From Microthyrium microscopicum (lineage: Eukaryota): 64,000 nt of DNA. Numbering within the stretch: the stretch's first letter is position 1; each line of letters opens with the position of its first letter. The stretch is from positions 2,970,401 to 3,034,400 of the forward strand of contig MU004231.1 of assembly GCA_010405405.1 (NCBI GenBank). The letters run 5' to 3'. The translations under genes were made by a program, and so were the position numbers. Below, piece after piece: positions 1 to 12,583 of the stretch. Under the pieces are notes generated by a model that was given only the letters and a program-made list of their open reading frames with translations, was not told where the DNA came from and did no database searches.

Positions 1-101
1 GTTCAGTCTACTAACATTGGGTCTCTCATGGCCCTGAGACAAGCAAAGCCCGCAAGCTTTTGCAGTCGGCACAGTCGTACTGCTAATAGAAACTTCGTGA
101 C

Positions 102-656
102 CTATCCCTTGAATGGAAGAGCGACCTTTCCGTCGATCTCCTTCACGTCTTCCTTGCCCTCGAGGAAGGCCTGGAGTTCCGCCTGGGTAGAGTTCGAGTT
201 GATGGCACCGGGCTCTCCGCGCTTGCGACCATCGTTGCGGCAACAGGCGACGACCTTGTGTCCGTAGCAAGAGCCGGAGTTGGGATCCGAGCGGCAGGCG
301 TAGTTGTTGCCGTTTTGGTCAATGTAGTTGGTGAAGTGAATCTGGCCTGGGTTAGTGTTCTCCGGATCCATGAGCTCACTGTTCCTTACGTTCGGTCCGG
401 GAGAGCAGCGCAAGTGACTGTCGTGGCAGATGGCAGAGCTGGGTGAGTGAGGGTACTGGACGGTAGAGTAGGCGACGCGGCAGTCTGGTGCGGTGTTGTA
501 GACTTCATAGCGCAAGGTCTGGTCGTCAGTGAATTGAAACTCATTAGGATTCATGTTGATGGGCTCAGAGATTCCGTAGTTGAAGCCAGGGCAGATGCCG
601 GCAGAGGCAACAGCGGCGAGGCCGGTGATGGTGGTTAGTGCAGTGATGAAATGCAT
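102..656 (-). CDS. Small secreted cysteine-rich protein (8 Cys) with a C-terminal tail after a dibasic site
   Basis: Intronless 184-aa ORF; hydrophobic signal peptide MHFITALTTITGLAAVASA; 8 Cys ending YACRSDPNSGSC...VACCRNDG, then RKR; TATAAA upstream. Confidence 0.85.
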   Translation of the reverse strand: MHFITALTTITGLAAVASAGICPGFNYGISEPINMNPNEFQFTDDQTLRYEVYNTAPDCRVAYSTVQYPHSPSSAICHDSHLRCSPGPNVRNSELMDPENTNPGQIHFTNYIDQNGNNYACRSDPNSGSCYGHKVVACCRNDGRKRGEPGAINSNSTQAELQAFLEGKEDVKEIDGKVALPFKG

Positions 657-792
657 GTTGAGAGAGTTGAGTTGAAGTTTTTGGTTTGGTATGTGGAGTG
701 TGAAAAGTAAAAGTTCAGTATGGAGTTTGGACTTGGACTTGAGAGTGGTTTGGAGAAGAGTTGCAGAAAAAGAAGAATCGAGGATGGATGGA

Positions 793-891
793 GAGGCTTT
801 ATAGTGCTCACTGTGGGGATGTTGATGGCAGCGACTTCCTTCGAGGCTTTATAGCACTCAGTGTGGGATGTTGATGGCAGTGACTTCCTTC
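793..891. repeat. Tandem ~50-bp direct duplication containing the TATA box of the secreted-protein gene
   Basis: 793-842 and 843-891 both read gaggctttatag..ctca.tgtggg(g)atgttgatggcag.gacttccttc; each contains TATAAA on the minus strand. Confidence 0.9.
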
Positions 892-2425
892 ACTCTTGGG
901 ACCGTCACTGGGAAAACTAGCAGGTACAAGTGAATAGAGTCTCAGCGTGATGGTTGGTGCCCCAAGATAGGTAGAATTTTGACAGCAGCTTGTCCCCATT
1001 TGGGTACAAGCGTCTGCACCTGACTATATCAACTAGGCTACTGACAAAATAAGAACTCGCGATCCATGGTTGATCTAAAATTTCGCTACAGCATGGTCGA
1101 GTTTATGCTCCTTCCAAGGTTGTCACTAGTTGAGGAGGACTTGATTATCTGGGGACTTCAATAGCAGTAGAAGGAACCTGTCTTAGCGCTGAGCATAAGT
1201 TCAGTATCAACCCGCACCTTCTAACTTTGAACGGTACCTCATCACGCGCACTAGTTGTCATCACCAGTCCACCGCAACATAAAGCAGCATCTACCGACAT
1301 CAGGTAGCTCCAGAGATCATGGATACCGCAAGGGCCATAAAATCACAACAACGGAAAGCCTGCGTTAGAGCCCAAGCAATTTGACGATAATTTTGACATG
1401 GGCAATTTTGTTCCAATAGCTGAAGCTCGAGTCATATCTCTGAAGTTGCAGACCATGCTCTTTGGAATTCCATATCCCAAGCACTAAATGCTAGTAGCAA
1501 TAACCTTTAAAAATTACTTTAGAGTATGTAGAGTTGGACGTCGCAAGTCTGCCTGAACAGCTCGTCACTGCATCATATAATCAAAATAGTTTTGTAAAAT
1601 ATACCTTCTTGTCGACTGTTCAATTCTTTCCAGTAGCAGTCAGGCTCTATAGTTATTTAGGTCTACTAAATCTTGAAATGCTGAAATTATTCCAAATTAT
1701 GCGTTGCAGAGCTGAACCATTTACATTAGCCAGACAAGCAACACCTCCAGCCTGATGGCAACAATACCACTATTCCAAGAGCAACCGTAAGCGATCTGGA
1801 CAACTTTCAGGGTTTCAAAATAGTGAAAACTATTTCTAGTGACCATTTTTCTTCTAATCAATGATGGAAGTTTTAAAAGAAAATAGTTTGACTGATGTAC
1901 ATGTTCAAGTGCGGTTGGATTCTTGAAGTAAACCGTGGTTGCGCAATAGAATATTGCGCTAAGCTGGATATGGCAGGCATAGCAATCGTACATCAAGGAT
2001 TTTGTTTAAATAATCAAGAATTGGTTGGAATCTGGTACGCTACTGAGTGAGTCAGCAAAATACAGAAGCATGTGGCCGAAAAGGGATAGGTAAAACGTCA
2101 CTTCTAAGTTTGCACTGGAGATGCGGCAATTTTGACAAGCGTTTTCTCCCGCAAACCATTACTTCAAGTAACCTCTCGCCCACCTCACCTCTCAACTCCC
2201 AATTGAAGCAGTCAATTGCATTACCGGTGATAACTTTAACATCCAATAGCGACCAGCTGTTTCATTGTTATATTCAGATCTGTAAATTTCTGTATCAAGC
2301 GTCTATTTGACCTGCTCTTGTGCTCTCTACGCTGTTCCTTCACGATACCTAGACGCCACTCCCAGAAATTTCCTGCAGACGCCACTATCCCAACCTCTCC
2401 CCTCACTGACCGTCATTCTCTACGG

Positions 2426-2956
2426 ATGATTGATTCAGTCAATTTCTAATTGGAAACTTATTCCAACATATATTCCGCCTTCCATGCGTCGGGAAGATTT
2501 GGTACGCTTTCTGTCCAAGCCAGCTAAGTACGCAATCTCAACACTGGTAGAAGAATCATGCTAATCCGTCATAGGCCCAGATAACACCTCTTGCACCGCT
2601 TTTCATCTCTCAACTCTCACCTCTGGTTCATTGAATAGCAGAGAACCTTATCTGCTGGACCGATACTGCCTACGGTATCGGCGCTATCAGATCGGGTCAC
2701 TCCGTTCTGCCAACATTTCGTTTCTAAAGCACGTTTTTCTCCCACTCTCGGCTCGCCCTCCTTAACGGGTCGATTACCTTTTGAAAATCTATCAACTCAG
2801 TTTGGTCTGTACCTGGAATTGTGGGCCTTCTCTTCTTGGACGAGCACCGCATTGGTCGTCTGGAGGTAGACAGTGCTTCACTTCGTCAACCTCGGCCTTT
2901 TCTTATAAAGCCAAACAATTGTCTCCCACCAGCTTATAGAAAGCGTTTTCTTGGAG
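2426..2956 (+). promoter_or_regulatory. Long SAM decarboxylase 5' leader with intron (2502-2574), uORFs and hairpin
   Basis: GTACGC...GCTAAT...TAG intron; uATGs at 2426 and 2484; no ATG from 2575 to 2956; 9-bp hairpin 2660-2681; ATT-started frame 2715-2765 ending CCT CCT TAA. Confidence 0.65.
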
Positions 2957-4564
2957 ATGGTGAATATTGAGATTCCCAAAACCTCTGCTGCACCTTCCAG
3001 CCCGTACTTCGGTACGCCGCATTTAACCATCAATCGTGATGCGACCATCGATCTTGATTCCAGTAATGCATTTGAAGGTAATCATACATTCTTTGAGCTA
3101 GGAACTGGGTGCTGATCTTCTTTAGGTCCTGAGAAGTTGCTAGAGGTCTGGTTCAGTCCATCCGAAAGTGAACTCCCAGAGTCATGCGCTCCGAACGGCC
3201 TCAAGTCCGTTCGTCCAGAGACATGGACTGAAATGCTAGACCTTGTTCACTGCAAGGTTTTGTCCATTGTCGAGTCTGAGCATGTCGATGCCTACCTTCT
3301 TTCGGAGTCCAGCATGTTTGTCTTTCCGCATAAACTTGTCTTGAAAACTTGTGGTACCACAACTTTGCTCTATGGGCTTCCGCGTTTGCTGGAAATCGCT
3401 GCCCTCTCAGCCGGATTCCCACATGCCAAGCCGGATCTCAATGCTGCCAGACCCGCTGCTGCTGCGCCATATCGAGTCTTTTATAGCCGAAAGAACTTCT
3501 TGTATCCCAATCAGCAGCGTGGACCTCACAAGAGCTGGACTGACGAAGTCCGATTTTTGGATCAATTGTTTGTTGGTGGAAGCGCCTACATGATAGGCAA
3601 GATGAATGGAGAGCATTGGTACCTCTACATCACTGCACCACACACGGAGTTGACTCCTCCGGTTTCGCCAATTGACCTAGATGATGAAGAACACACCCAA
3701 ACCAAATTCCTCAGTCTTCCAAAAGAAGGGGAGGCGTTGATGCAAGCTAATCACGAGGAAGACGAGACTCTGGAGATCTTAATGACTGATCTCGATGAGA
3801 AGAATGCTCGCCAATTCTATCTCGAGGACGCGAGTGCGGTCGCGGAAGGTCGTTTTCTTCAAAAAGCTCGCGAGGCTCGCAAGAATGCTGTCAATAGTCT
3901 TGGCACCATTCAAGATGCTGGACAGTTTAATGCTGCTGTCCTTGACGATGCTACATTTGATGTCTTTGGCCAGAATTCCGACCATAGCGATATCTCTGGC
4001 TCTGATGACGAATTCACTGTTCCGGAAGAGCTGTCCACTGAAGGCCATACCCTCGGCACCGTTGTCTCCGAGTCTTGTGGTCTCTCTGACGTCTACTCTT
4101 TGAACAAGTACCCGGACGCTCGCGTGGATGCTTACCTTTTCACACCATGCGGATTCTCTGCTAACGGAGTTATTCCTGCACCACCAGGATCCCCAGGATG
4201 CGATGGTAAAGCCACCCATTACTTCACTGTCCATGTTACACCAGAACCACAGTGCAGCTATGCTTCTTTCGAGACCAATGTTCCTGCTCGTCAGTCTGGC
4301 CGCGAAACTGCCGATATCATTGAACAAGTCGTCAAGATCTTCAAACCTGGTCGATTCTCCGTGACTTTGTTCGAAGGCAAACAGAGCGAAGATGGTGCGA
4401 TCACTGCGGCCAAGAAGAACAAACGTATGGATGCAATTGAGGGCTACAAACGTGTTGAACGTATCGTCCAGGAATTGGATGGATATGAGCTCGTGTTTCG
4501 ATACTATGAGCGTTGCGATTGGAAAGGAGGAGCTCCACCACGACTGGGAGAAATTGTGTTCTAG
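2957..4564 (+). CDS. SPE2: S-adenosylmethionine decarboxylase proenzyme
   Basis: ATG 2957, intron 3078-3125 joins AFEG-PEKLLEVWF; autocleavage motif YLLSESSMFV, LKTCGTT, FTPCGFSAN, HVTPEP..SYASFETN. Confidence 0.97.
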
Positions 4565-5825
4565 ACAGCGCTGGAAAGGCAAAAGTTGTACGAAATCTAT
4601 TCCCCATGGGAAAGATATATTACGGTTGCCGACTAATGTTTATACGGCCTCTAATGATTGTGCTTCTGTCCATATGGTCTTTAGGAAAACAAGGCGTTGT
4701 TAGGTAAAATAAAATATTGGTCCATCTGCCTCTGTTAATTTTTGTGTGCACAGTTATGTGTTTGGATATGTGTCGTCGATGACTAGAGATAATCCACACT
4801 TGCCATTGCCTGCAGGCAGAAGTACCATGTCTGGTGTCGACAGAGCGCGAGCGTTGAAGAATGTGAAGGTATAGATTACTGATTTGCATGCTCACGCTGA
4901 TGTGGGGAGAATTGGTTTGACGGTTGCGGATGAAGAGCGGAAGGTGTTGGATGAGGGGAAGCATTATGTTTGATATGGGCCAGTTATTTTGTCCATCGGT
5001 TGGTTGTCTTGTCGATGTTGAGAATGTTGAGCTTATGAGTACTAATGCTTAATGTCATGATCAATCTGATATTTAATGTTGCAACGTAATCGTGATATCG
5101 TCTGCTTTTCTTTGACACACGAACACATGTCCCATTCTCCTGATTCCTGAAGCACGTATCCTCTGTTTGCCATGGTCCTCGCTGCATCCTCAAGCCGTAG
5201 TCATAGTAGATAGAACAGAAAACCGGTCCGATCAGATTAATAATCGAGTCTGTACCTCTTTGTACTGTTCTCAACTTTTCCATATTCTCGAGATCAAGTG
5301 GAGATGGAGACGGGAGCAAGCGTCCGCACGTCATCCACACGCTGCATTCCTAGCACACGACCTTCACAACGACATCGGTACTTGGCAGGACGATTGCTGG
5401 GGAAGTAGAGTGATAAATCAGTGAGGAGTCAGGATAAAGATGGCTGCAGAGTATTGGCCACATCCGGGGAAAAGCAAGGGCAAAGGGAGTAAACGGGGGA
5501 GATCGGCTGCAAATTTACGTCAGAAACGTAATTGGCCATGCAGGTTTTGACTGGTCTATCTCCGAGTCTTGGCGCTGTCTAGCTTTTTTGGTCAGGGTCT
5601 GAAATCACTTTGCAGCATCTGCATTTGCATCACTGCACAAGACCATCACTCTCTCTCCTCAACAAACAATCCTCAAAATCCTTATCGCCCACAACCCTCC
5701 TTTCCAGCATTCGAAAATATCAATCCGCTTTTTCAGAATATAAACCTTTCAACAGCCTCGCGCGAACAGTCTCAAATAGACTGCCTTCCCTCTACAGCAC
5801 GATTGCGCGTTTTACCACATAAGCC

Positions 5826-6460
5826 ATGAAGGTTTTTTCATGCTCCTCCGATTTCGACTACTCATGGGATGAGGTTTCGACAGGCAACTGGCAAAAATAC
5901 TCGCCCTGGAATAAGAAGGCTCCCCACGTAATAGCCGTAGACACCCTCTCCCGAACCGTTGATGCCGCGACAGGAATAGTCAGTCTTGCCTCCACCGCGT
6001 CATGATCGTGTGCTAGCAACTAACCGTGCAATAGTTACGGACAGAACGCTTAATAACAACCAAGCAAGAATCTCCCAGATGGATAAAGGCTTTACTTGGC
6101 GATTGCGAAACATCTCTGGTCTACGAAACTTCCTATGTCGACCCAGCAGCTAAAACCGTCACCCTCTGCTCCCATAACTTGACATGGACGAACATCCTTT
6201 CTGTCCGCGAAACTGTCACGTACTCGCCATCGAAAACTTCACCGCTGACGAAAACTCTCATGACTCAACGGGCAGAGATCACTGCTATAGCGGGCGGATG
6301 GGAGAGAATAAAGAACAAGATTGAATCATTCTCAGTTGAGCGGTTCCAACAAAATGCTGAGAATGGTAAGGCCGGCTTTGAAATGGTATTGGCTCGGGCT
6401 CGTGAGGTATTCCAAGAAGAGAGGAACTCCACGATGGCTAAACAGGCTGCCATTGCCTAA
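5826..6460 (+). CDS. UPS2: PRELI/MSF1-family mitochondrial intermembrane lipid transfer protein (Ups2-like)
   Basis: MKVF...FDYSWDEVSTGNWQKY...HVIAVDTLSR; intron 5979-6034; LRTERLIT...ERFQQNAENGKAGFEMVL. Confidence 0.9.
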
Positions 6461-7123
6461 AAATCTGTGTCTGTTGCGTTTGAATTTTGTTGAAGCGTTT
6501 AGCGAAAAAACCATCTTACGTGCTAGACCTGTCAGGGCTACACTATGCACATGAAAACAGTGGATAGAGGTCGGGGTTTCGAAAAGGAAAGCATGGCGTT
6601 GGATGTACTGCTGATTTTGTGTACTACATGTATTATGATTGTGTAGACAGGAGCGGCATTTTTGTACGAGACTAGGTTTGATCTCAACTATTACCCAGCC
6701 ACTACGGAGAACATTCGCAAGTTTAGAACTCAATTGAAACTTTTAACATCTTTATTTGATTGTTCCTGTCTTTGCTAAAATTCAAAGCGTGATTAATCGC
6801 AGCAATCATGGGAGCCTAGGAAGGAGTCTGTATGGCTGCCTCCTGCCGCCCAGGAACCAACCAATTCACATCTTAATACAAACTCGACATGGTGAACTCC
6901 TCCCAACTCTACACATCAAGCAAACCATTCAGCACAATCAAATATCCAAAAAGTCCTGGCATCTGGTCTCGCCCACAAACGCCAAGCATCAGCCTGCATC
7001 CCAGCCGAACCACGTCCGAGCTTCCATCCGCAACATCAATCCATAACAACCTTCAATCAACAACCACGCCTTGATCTCCATCTCCATTCTCACCATCTTC
7101 TCAACCGACCGGCGACAGCTCAA

Positions 7124-9072
7124 ATGCGTCGCGCACCCCTCCATCTCTTCCGCCGCCCACCTACCCTCCGCCGCGTCGTCGCTCGCGCTCGTTCTCCCCT
7201 CTCCATCTCGTCGACTGGACAGACGTTCCACCATGCGCTGAGCCAACGAGCTACCTTCTCCTCCCGAGCTCCAATCTTTGCCGCCCGCCGTAGCAGTGTT
7301 GACGCCGCGACAGCAGCGACAGCTCAAAAACCTATGCACCTGCGCAGCTATAGTACCGCCGCGCTCGTCGCTGCCGCCGCTCTTGCGGGTGGCTCTATCT
7401 ACTACCGGGGTCAGACAGCTGTTCTTCGAGCGGACGCGCCGCGGGGCACTGCGTCGTTTAGTGGGGTAGCGTCCGATACGGTGGTGACTGAAGGAGCAGA
7501 GAAGACGAGACGTGCGTTAGTAGTGGAGCAGGGGCAGGTGTATCAGAGCACGATAGTGGGTGACGGGCCGTTAGCAAAGCAGGCTGAGGATAGTGGACGC
7601 AGTGTGCTTGAGATGTTAACGCCAGAGCAGGCGACGAGCAAATTGAGGAAGAGTGAGGAGTCGTGGATTGTGCAGCGGGGAAAGGGCGTGGTGAGATATG
7701 ATTTGGTGCAGATTCCGAGCAATAGTCCGATTGAGGATGATCATATCGAGAAGATTATTCAGGTGCCGGATACAGTTGCTGCGACGGGGGATGAGACGAG
7801 CACCAATTCGGATTGGATGTTTTGGGGGGTCTTTGATGGGCATAGGTATGTCTCTGTTGTGAACCTCTTTTCCTGGGACGAGAAACTGACGTTCGGATAG
7901 CGGTTGGACTACTTCTGCAAAGTTGAGGCAGTTACTTGTCTCTTTTGTGGCGCGCGAACTTAATACGACATACACCTCAGCACTCTCGAATTCATCATTT
8001 CCATATCCATCCTCAGAGTCGGTCGATTTGGCTATCAAGAAGGGTTTCCTACGCTTAGACAACGAGATTGTCTACGAAGCAGTAAACAAGGTTGACAAAG
8101 CCAAGACCAAGAACGCCGCAGCAGAACTACTTGCACCAGCACTATCCGGCTCATGTGCTCTCCTTTCATTCTACGATTCACAATCCAAGACACTTCGTGT
8201 GGCATGCACCGGCGACTCTCGAGCCATCCTTGGCCGAAAGGGGGCGAACGGTAAATGGACCGCCATCCCGCTTTCAATCGACCAGACCGGTGCCAACGAG
8301 GATGAAGCCACACGACTGCGCAAAGAACATCCTGGTGAGCAGTATGTGGTCGCCAATGGCCGTGTCTTGGGCGGTCTCGAACCCACACGAGCCTTTGGAG
8401 ACGCCGTATACAAGTGGACACAGGAGACTGCCGACCGGCTGAAGCGCTCGTACTTTGCTCGATCACCCAACAAGCTATTCAAGACACCGCCCTACGTCAC
8501 CGCGGAACCAGTCGTGACAACCACTCAAATTCAGCCAGAGAAGGGTGACTTCCTTATCATGGCTACCGATGGTTTGTGGGAGATGCTCACAAACGAGGAG
8601 GCTGTGGGACTAGTAGGCAAATGGCTCGAGGTCGAAGCATCTGAAAAGTCGGGCTCAAAGGATTCGTGGCTGAAGAGCTGGTTCGCACAGAGTAAGGCCG
8701 AGTTACCAGTTGAAAAGGTGCAAAGCGATAGCTCTGGGAACCGTGATGCTGTTCGGCAACGCCAGTGGGGAATTACAGATGCCCATGGAAGATTTGTTGT
8801 CGAGGACAAGAACGTGGCTACACATCTTGTGCGAAATGCTCTTGGTGGAAAGGATCAGGATCAACTTTGTGCGCTGCTTACTCTTCCTAGCCCGATTTCT
8901 CGTCGTTATCGGTAAGTTTTTTCCATTGCTTGAGAGAAGCCAGATGCTGACAGAGTGTAGTGATGACCTGACTGTACAAGTCATCTTCTTCGGCGATGAA
9001 ACACCATCTGGAAACGTGACTCTTAATGCAGAGGCCACTGCTCCAGGGGAAGTACCAAAGCCTAAGCTCTAG
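7124..9072 (+). CDS. PTC5: PP2C phosphatase, mitochondrial pyruvate dehydrogenase phosphatase type
   Basis: Arg-rich presequence; NSPIEDD, FWGVFDGHSGW (intron 7846-7900), TGDSRA, ATDGLWE, RRYRDDLTV (intron 8912-8960); ends PKL. Confidence 0.93.
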
Positions 9073-9689
9073 AGGTATATACCTCAACCTTTTCCCTTCA
9101 AAGGTGTATTTCTGGACCGGCGTTGTAAACATTTTACTTGTCTTTATCTAGCGAGTTTGCTCAGGATTGTTAAATTTGGCCAGCGTTCTAGAATTAGTTG
9201 TGTAGATAATACTACTCAGACGAAAAGTCGAAATAACAACCCATGCCTCGGTTGTTAACATAGTTTTCAGCCTGATGCTTAGCGTTATATCAACCGTGAT
9301 TGGCTCCCGCCTATTCTTGCGCACCTCCGCCATGACCATTGACCATACACGGTAATTTGGTAGATATAGTTGTATGTACCTGTTCGGTTGCTCATAAGCT
9401 GCAAGTATTCGCAATCGTTTTTCGTGGTGTTGTCGAATAATACCCCGAGTCAAGCGTTTCGCCCCTTGATCTAGCGGGTTTCGTGCGAGTAGAGCCAAAT
9501 CCTAGCCCAAAATTTGAAGATCCTCCAAACTTTTACTGCTCCACCACCAACTCTGACATAAACCTCGACCTTTCACTTCCACCTTTTCGATATATACAAC
9601 AATCGGTCTTGGTCGCCTCAATTGTCATCCATAGACTCATCCTCCTTCGTTGACTACCACTGCCCCGCTTCACCTGTCATCTCGCCACA

Positions 9690-10904
<1,215 letters not shown>

Positions 10905-11148
10905 AATTGGTTGATTCGGTTCGGGGTTATCAAAGAAGCATTGTCCTATTTACGGAATTTTATGGCATTGTAATGGCTAGAGAAAGGATCCAGGGTAGTC
11001 ACATCTCAGAATAAATTTTATGAATCACGATTAAAACAAACAATTGAAGATGAAACAAGTGGTATTTCTCTAAAGTCTTTCCCGACTACCGAGATTTTTC
11101 ATCAGTACCCCAAAACTCCATGCCCCATGCATACAGTCACAGCTACGC

Positions 11149-12036
11149 TTACTTCTTTTTGGAATCGGCCTCATCGGCCTTGGCCTTAGCACGCTTCTCT
11201 TTCTGGCCAACATAACGAGCATCAGCACGAGCAAGACGCAACTTGCGGTATGCATCCTCAGTGCCCTCGATATCCTTGATCTTGGCCTCGGTGACGACAG
11301 GATGGTTGATGATGGGGATAACTGAGCCGAGGCTGGTCACAACACCCTCACCCTTCTTGGCCTTGGTGACCTCCGAAGCGGACGCATCTCCATTCTTGGT
11401 GCTCTTCTTGCCAGAGCGGCGGGGGAAGAGGATCAGGCGCTTCTTGTAATCTTGAAGACGGGCGACGTTGGCCTTGAGCGATTCTTCGGAGATGTTTTGG
11501 CGGCGTGGATCGACGGAGATTCCAATGGTGGAGGCCAGTTTGCGGGCGATGCCGGCTTCCTATTTCCATATCAATTAGCCAATTGATACCGCATGTAAGA
11601 ATTGTGGATTATTACCTTGAGCTCGGCGAGTGAGAATCCACGTCCTGCGCGAACACGACGGTTGTACTTGACAGTTGGGCAGCGCACAACTGGACGGAGC
11701 TTGTCGACTGGGCGGGGCGCAACGAGAGCGGCCTTCTTGACGCGGTTCTCTCTTCGGCGGAGTTTGCGACCGGGCTATATTGAGGGATCGATGTCAATCA
11801 TTATGTTCTACTTCAAGGCGCACAAGCACATCATTGCAGTAAAGCAATGATGGCTCGGCCAGGCGCCACTGCTCTCAGGGAAGTGAGAGGGGAATTACCT
11901 GCTCGAAGTGAACCTTGACACGGCGTTGCCAATCCTTTCGGAAATCTACGAACTGTTAGCTCAAGAGTAATGAGTATTTAGTGTTGATTGGGCACAGACG
12001 GTTCTTCTGGATTTCTTGATTGTGCTTGATCGCCAT
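11149..12036 (-). CDS. RPL13: 60S ribosomal protein eL13
   Basis: [32 protein letters not shown]...[25 protein letters not shown]; introns 11946-11999, 11775-11898, 11560-11615. Confidence 0.97.
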
Positions 12037-12583
12037 TGTGAGTTACGACAACAGGAGAATTGGCTGTGGTGATGAGAGGAGGTCAAGAAGGAAATTTGTG
12101 GTGGTTAGAAATTGCTAGTTGTGTGGTAGGTCTGTGCTTTGACTTACTAAGCCCAGATCTAGGCTTGGCAGCCTTATGCATTCGAGAGCCAATCAGAATG
12201 CTTCATCTTCACGTTGTCATGAGAAAATGATTGAATCTATGCTTACCTAGGTCGATTCATTCTTTCGTTGGTGTATTAGTAAAGGCTGGTAAAGGTATGT
12301 CAAGACTGGTAAATGCTCCGGAAATATATGGTCAAAACATGAAATTTAATAAAAGCTATTATGTATGACACCACTTTTGCTCCCAGTCTATCAAGCAAGA
12401 CATCAATAGACAATTGCAGCTTGAAGAATTTTACATTAATACTTAACATTGGAGATTCATGTTCAAATATTAGATATTATACTTGTATCCATATTTCGAA
12501 GCCCTCGGTACTCCTTCACAGCCAATGTACCCATGGCTAACCAGTCCTCCAATTCTTGATCAAGTTGATATGGACCAAAACAA

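Noticed and set aside
1490..2030. AT-richer tract as a possible RIP-degraded transposon
   Set aside because: No terminal repeats or transposase/RT remnants detectable.
2776..2790. CTTTTGAAAA resembling an antizyme-type +1 frameshift site in the SPE2 leader
   Set aside because: No initiated ORF clearly leads into it and no shifted frame joins SPE2 (in-frame TAA at 2906).
3779..4582. 267-aa antisense ORF over SPE2, and similar antisense ORFs over PTC5, RTT103 and DBP9
   Set aside because: Fully overlap well-supported genes; no recognisable motifs.
11775..11898. C/D box snoRNA in the RPL13 intron
   Set aside because: No proper RUGAUGA...CUGA order; kept only as a structured intron.
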